From contig NC_043007.1 in NCBI RefSeq assembly GCF_006345805.1, positions 55,924,001 through 55,988,000 of the forward strand: a stretch of 64,000 nt of DNA. Reading direction: 5' to 3'. Position numbers and translations under genes: made by a program. Positions 59,244 to 64,000 of the stretch are shown here, piece by piece. The notes beneath the pieces were generated by a model. That model ran no database searches. It was not told where the DNA came from and saw only the letters and a program-made list of their open reading frames with translations. Numbering within the stretch: the first letter of the stretch is position 1; the number at the start of each line of letters is the position of its first letter. The DNA is from Octopus sinensis (lineage: Eukaryota).

Positions 59244-61509
59244 AAACTGTTATATCAACTTTTTCATTTATTTCTTGAGATGTTAAAATATTTATTGTAA
59301 CCTGGTTAGTGGCATTGCCGCTGCAACTGTTTGAAACTTAGTAATTTACCAAACGAAGAACGATTTCGGAAAACATGAACATTCTATATGAGATCGGTTC
59401 AAAGTTCATTGGAAAAGTGCTAGGGTGTCAGTTTTGATTTTTGTACATGACTTTTCCGTATTTTACTGCGTCTGGAGAAATTAATGAGAACAGAGTTTGG
59501 ATGATGAGAAAAAAAAATGCTCTGAAATCTTTGAGAAAAGTGCACAATGGTGGAAATTTCCAGGAAAGTGTATTACAACATTGGAAATAGACAACTAAAT
59601 CGCCAGAGTACATCTGATGATTTTAATCTTTCTTTAATGTCTTAAAGGTGACTATCTTTCTCCAGGGTATTGATAGTGACCGGACTTGTAGGAGCAGCCA
59701 TACACACGGGGGAAGGAATTAAGAGTTCGTTTGGTTCTGGTTTTTATAAAAAATATATTATTGTTACTTCTCACATCAACCTTAATGCAACATCAAAGGA
59801 GCTCCAGCTGTAACCACCCTGTTTTTCATTTCTATAGAATATTCTTTTTTATAACAGTAGGGAGACGTCTGTAATAGATTTGGTTGATATTTCTAGCAAG
59901 TTATAAAGATTCATCGCTTCGTTCATTTAAATATATTAATAGCCCAAGAAAAACATCTACATTACAAAGTGACGTGTGAAAAATCCTGCAGGATTATAAC
60001 GCAGAGCCCATTCTATTGCTGAAACCATATAATATTCCGGCATGATTTATTTTCTAGGTATAATTTCAATTATATTTGACTTCAAGAAATAAGTGGCAGG
60101 AGTCTGGTCAATGTCAGTTTATTCATGATATGTTATTGACATCAGATTCGGTAAGTATCCTAAAGGAATAAATGAGTAACAAAGATTTCAGGTTCAATTC
60201 ATTTCTCTTCGCTTACACTGCTAATATCTGTAAAATGAATGGATATTGCCAATCTTGTGCACATCCAAAAGAACCATTTAAGGAGCAAATCTCTTTAATT
60301 CTTCGTTCCTTTATCCCACAATTCCTTGGATCACCTGATTATGAGCCATTCCATTCAGCTTTGGTGAAATAATATGTTCCATTTGAAATTCTGTGAATAA
60401 ATTTATTAGTTAGAGAATTTTGTGTTTCTTCTCGCAATTAACAAGACTTGAGTTTACTTCCTCCCTCTGGCAAAATTTGATGTTACACAAGCATTATATC
60501 AATAATACAAGTTGTTTATGAATGCAGGTAAAAGAAAATATTCTAAGCAAATGCAGAATTCATTGAAACACTTTGAACATAAAATGCTAATATTTATAGC
60601 AACATTTATATATTTTGTTAAATTAAACTTTCACAATGCCTCTTAAGCAACTTCTTTATTCACTATCATTGAAGGAACTTCATGAAAGAAATTGAGGTCG
60701 CACTGTATAATCTAATTACAGAGTATATAGTGTGGTATTAAATAGCAGAAGAATGCCATACTGAATACTTTTCAAGAGAGAATATAGTTACTTCTTTTTG
60801 AGTTCAAATCTTTCCGAGGCAATCTTTGCTTTTCTTTATTCTCGAACTGATAAAACATGCAGTAATTGGGGATCCGAACTAATTCAAACGATTATAAAAA
60901 AAAAAAAAATGTCAGAGTGTTTGCTTACATGTAGATAAAATTGTTGTTGCTTTTTTTTTTCTTCTCGCTAATCTTGAATGAAAATAGAAAAATATATTCG
61001 ATAATATTTTTAATAATATAAAATTTGATAATATATTTGATAATATAAGGGCGAGTATCTTAAGGCTAAAAGTAACTTACAAGTCGAGTCTGATACACGA
61101 TTCCCGGTATTCGTTGAAAACTTAAAAAAACCTGGTTGTACCGGCTAAAATGAAAGCAATATTACAAAAGACAGACAGTTGGATTTAAAGTAATCAACGA
61201 GTGTTTAGTTGGCTTATCTGCGATAGATGGTTTCTTGTTCCGAAGAAAATTATCATCATTGGTTTAACAATAAACTCCGACTCATAAACAGCGAATCTTT
61301 GAGAATAGGTATCAGCCACGACAACTACAAGTATATTTTTTAAAATTTCAGCACAAGACAGCAATTCTTTAGAACTGGGCATCTGTTGATCTCCAAATGA
61401 TGAAATAGAAAGTCGACCTCAGTAGAATTAGAACTCAGGGTGTAAAGAGCCAAAAGGTATGCTGCCATGTAGCCGCTTTAAATCATAATGTTCATAATCA
61501 TTTCCGTCC

Positions 61510-61870
61510 ATCTTTACGTTCAGAGTTTAAATTCTTCCGAGGTCGACTTTACCTTTTATCCTTTTGGGGATGGATAAAATAAGTATCATCGGAATACTGA
61601 GGTCAATGTAACTGACTTACCCACACCATCGAAATTGCATATCTAGGGCCAAAATCTGAAACTGATATTAAAAATCATTTCTACTGTAAGCACAAAGCCA
61701 GGAATTTTGCTAGAAAGGGGTAAAGTCGATTACATCGACCCTAGTGTTCAACTGATACCTATTTTACCGACCCCGAAAGGATAAAAGGTATGGGCGACCA
61801 CGGCTGAATTCGAACTCAGAATGTAAAGACAAAAATACCGTTAACCATTTTGTCCAGCGTATCTCCGATT
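61510..61870. mobile_element. tail-to-tail inverted pair of SINE family A copies
   Basis: + copy ~61510-61670, - copy ~61680-61870. Confidence 0.75.
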
Positions 61871-61872
61871 CT

Positions 61873-62480
61873 TATTTCTTTACTGCCCACAAGGGGCTAC
61901 ACACAGAGGGGACAAACAAGGACAGACAAACGGATTAAGTCGATTATATCGACCCCAGTGCGTAACTGATACTTATTTAATCGACCCTGAAAGGATGAAA
62001 GGCAAAGTCGACCTCGGCGGAATTTGAACTCACAACATAACGTAAAGGCAGACGAAATACCTATTTCTTTATTACCCACAAGGGGCTAAACACAGAGCGG
62101 ACAAACAAGGACAGACATAGGTATTAAGTCGATTACATCGACCCCAGTGCGTAACTGATACTTATTTAATCGACCCTGAAAGGATGAAAGGCAAAGTCGA
62201 CCTCGGCGGAATTTGAACTCACAACATAACGTAAAGGCAGACGAAATACCTATTTCTTTATTACCCACAAGGGGCTAAACACAGAGCGGACAAACAAGGA
62301 CAGACATAGGTATTAAGTCGATTACATCGACCCCAGTGCGTAACTGGTACTTAATTTATCGACCCCGAAAGGATGAAAGGCAAAGTCGACCTCGGCGGAA
62401 TTTGAACTCACAACATAACACAGACGAAATACCGCTACGCATTTCGCCCGGCGTGCTAACGTTTCTGCCAGCTCTCCGCC
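61873..62480 (-). repeat. SINE family A with three tandem 189-bp body units
   Basis: Units start at 61873, 62062 and 62251; a single head ends at ~62480; units share the private variant cacaacataac. Confidence 0.92.
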
Positions 62481-62499
62481 TTTTCGCAGTATTAAATAT

Positions 62500-62715
62500 A
62501 TTGGTTTCAAATTTTGGTACAAGGCTAGCAATTTTCGGGGTAGGGGTCTAGTCGATTATAGCTGCTCCAGAGCTCGACATGTACTTATTTTATCGACGCC
62601 AAAAAGATAAAAAGCAAGGTCGACTTCAGCGGAATTTGAACTCAACGTAAAGCTAGAAGAAATGCAGCTAAGCATTTTATTCGTCGGGCTAACGATTCTG
62701 ATTGCTTACTGCCTT
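62500..62715 (-). mobile_element. SINE family A
   Basis: Core revcomp aaaagcaaggtcgacttcagcggaatttgaactc. Confidence 0.8.
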
Positions 62716-62751
62716 CATAGTAATAATTACAACAACAACAACAACAACAAC

Positions 62752-62784
<33 letters not shown>

Positions 62785-62785
<1 letters not shown>

Positions 62786-63339
62786 CCCTGATGCAGTACC
62801 AGGCAGTGGCTCTCATGGCTTCTGATCTTAACTGATTGGAAGCGTTATCATGTACATTGTTTTGTCTTGGTATAAAAGATGGGCTACAGCAAATATTCTG
62901 CTCAATACCACGGATTTGCTTGTCAGTTGTTTGACCTTAACCAGTTGAGCATGTCCCTTAGTGGCTGACGATATGTGCATCTCTGATCACGAGCAGAAGT
63001 AGTGAGGGAGCATCATAGCCATGTGTTGAGAGGGATTCTTTGGGGATTTGAATAATTCACCTCTGGAGACATGGGTGGTTTTTTCAACATCCTTAAACAA
63101 CCTTTATTCAGGGACCGTTTGAGCGGGATGGGCTACTCAACCTGAAGAAAATTCTAACTGGGCCCCACCTGCAAGGTCATGTGCAGTTTATCTTGATATG
63201 AGATCACCATGTCGCGTACATATGGTTGTGATGCATGTGCCTGGTGTACCTTTATCAGACGGGTAGTCATGATGGGTATATTGGGCTTCGTATATTTTAC
63301 CCCAGTGTCACTTTGATGGCATGAACTGCTCTCTCACTC
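62785..63339. mobile_element. 555-bp non-coding interspersed element inserted in (TAA)n
   Basis: Complex sequence with sharp boundaries, (TAA)n immediately on both sides, no long ORF, TIR or obvious tRNA head. Confidence 0.65.
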
Positions 63340-63390
<51 letters not shown>

Positions 63391-63617
63391 TCTTTCTAAT
63401 ATAGACTGAAATTTTCGTGGGAGGGGGCTAGTCGATTTTATCGACACCAGTGCTCAACTGATACTTATTTCATCGTCTCAGAAACGATGAAAGTTAAAGC
63501 CGACCTCGTTAGAATTTGAATGAAGAACGTAAAGCCACAATAAATGTCATTAATCATATTGACCAGCATGCTAACAATTCTTCTTGCTCGCCACCTTAAT
63601 AAGAATCAACAACAACA

Positions 63618-63648
<31 letters not shown>

Positions 63649-64000
63649 ATACTAATCCTTTCTATTATAGGCACTAGGATGCAGCTTGAGAGGAGGGGAT
63701 AGTCGCTCACATCGACCCCAGTGTTTCACTGCTAATTAATTTATCGACCCCGAAAGGATGAAATGCAAAGTCGACCTCGGCGGAATTTGAACTCAGAACG
63801 TAGCGGCAGAAAACATGCCTATTTCTTTACTACCCACAAGGGGCTAAACACAGAGGGGACAAACAAGGACAGACAAACAGATTAAGTCGATTACATCGAC
63901 TCCAGTGCGTAACTGGTACTTATTTAATCGACCTCGAAAGGATGAAAGGCAAAGTCGTCCTCGGCGGAATTTGAACTCAGAACATAGCGGCAGAAAAAAT
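63391..64000 (-). mobile_element. SINE family A copies, including a second dimer with the tail-A junction at 63819|63820
   Basis: Copies ~63391-63590, ~63655-63819 and 63820-64000 (truncated by the window end). Confidence 0.85.

Noticed and set aside
61873-62480. Regular array as a CRISPR, and repeated 60-aa ORFs as genes
   Set aside because: Units are contiguous 189-bp SINE bodies with no unique spacers; eukaryotic context; ORFs are SINE antisense translations.

Overview
AT-rich, repeat- and microsatellite-saturated animal genomic DNA. The SINE/LINE/Penelope repertoire and (TA)n/(CA)n/(TAA)n load look like an Octopus genome; this is recognition from memory, not a database search. There is one 100-N scaffold gap at 19462-19561. 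Almost all ORFs in the supplied track are microsatellite or repeat translations. The only well-supported host coding feature is a + strand terminal exon of a multi-pass membrane protein (4218-4556). The rest is decayed retroelements (L1/Tx1 RT, RTE, R4/Dong RLE, CR1/L2, Penelope RT and GIY-YIG), a Tc1/mariner relic, MITEs and at least three SINE families. Structure not explained by simple annotation: (1) a ~37-kb CpG-decayed domain (~11.5-48.7 kb) suggesting a methylated, micro-exon gene body; (2) three loci where an insert sits in the (TAA)n tail of a minus-strand SINE, one being an R4/Dong fragment; (3) two small families carrying hammerhead-ribozyme cores; (4) SINE multimers sharing one junction at several loci; (5) several long hairpins, the best with 83-bp arms at 45564-45738. 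No CRISPR, rRNA or intact tRNA gene was seen.
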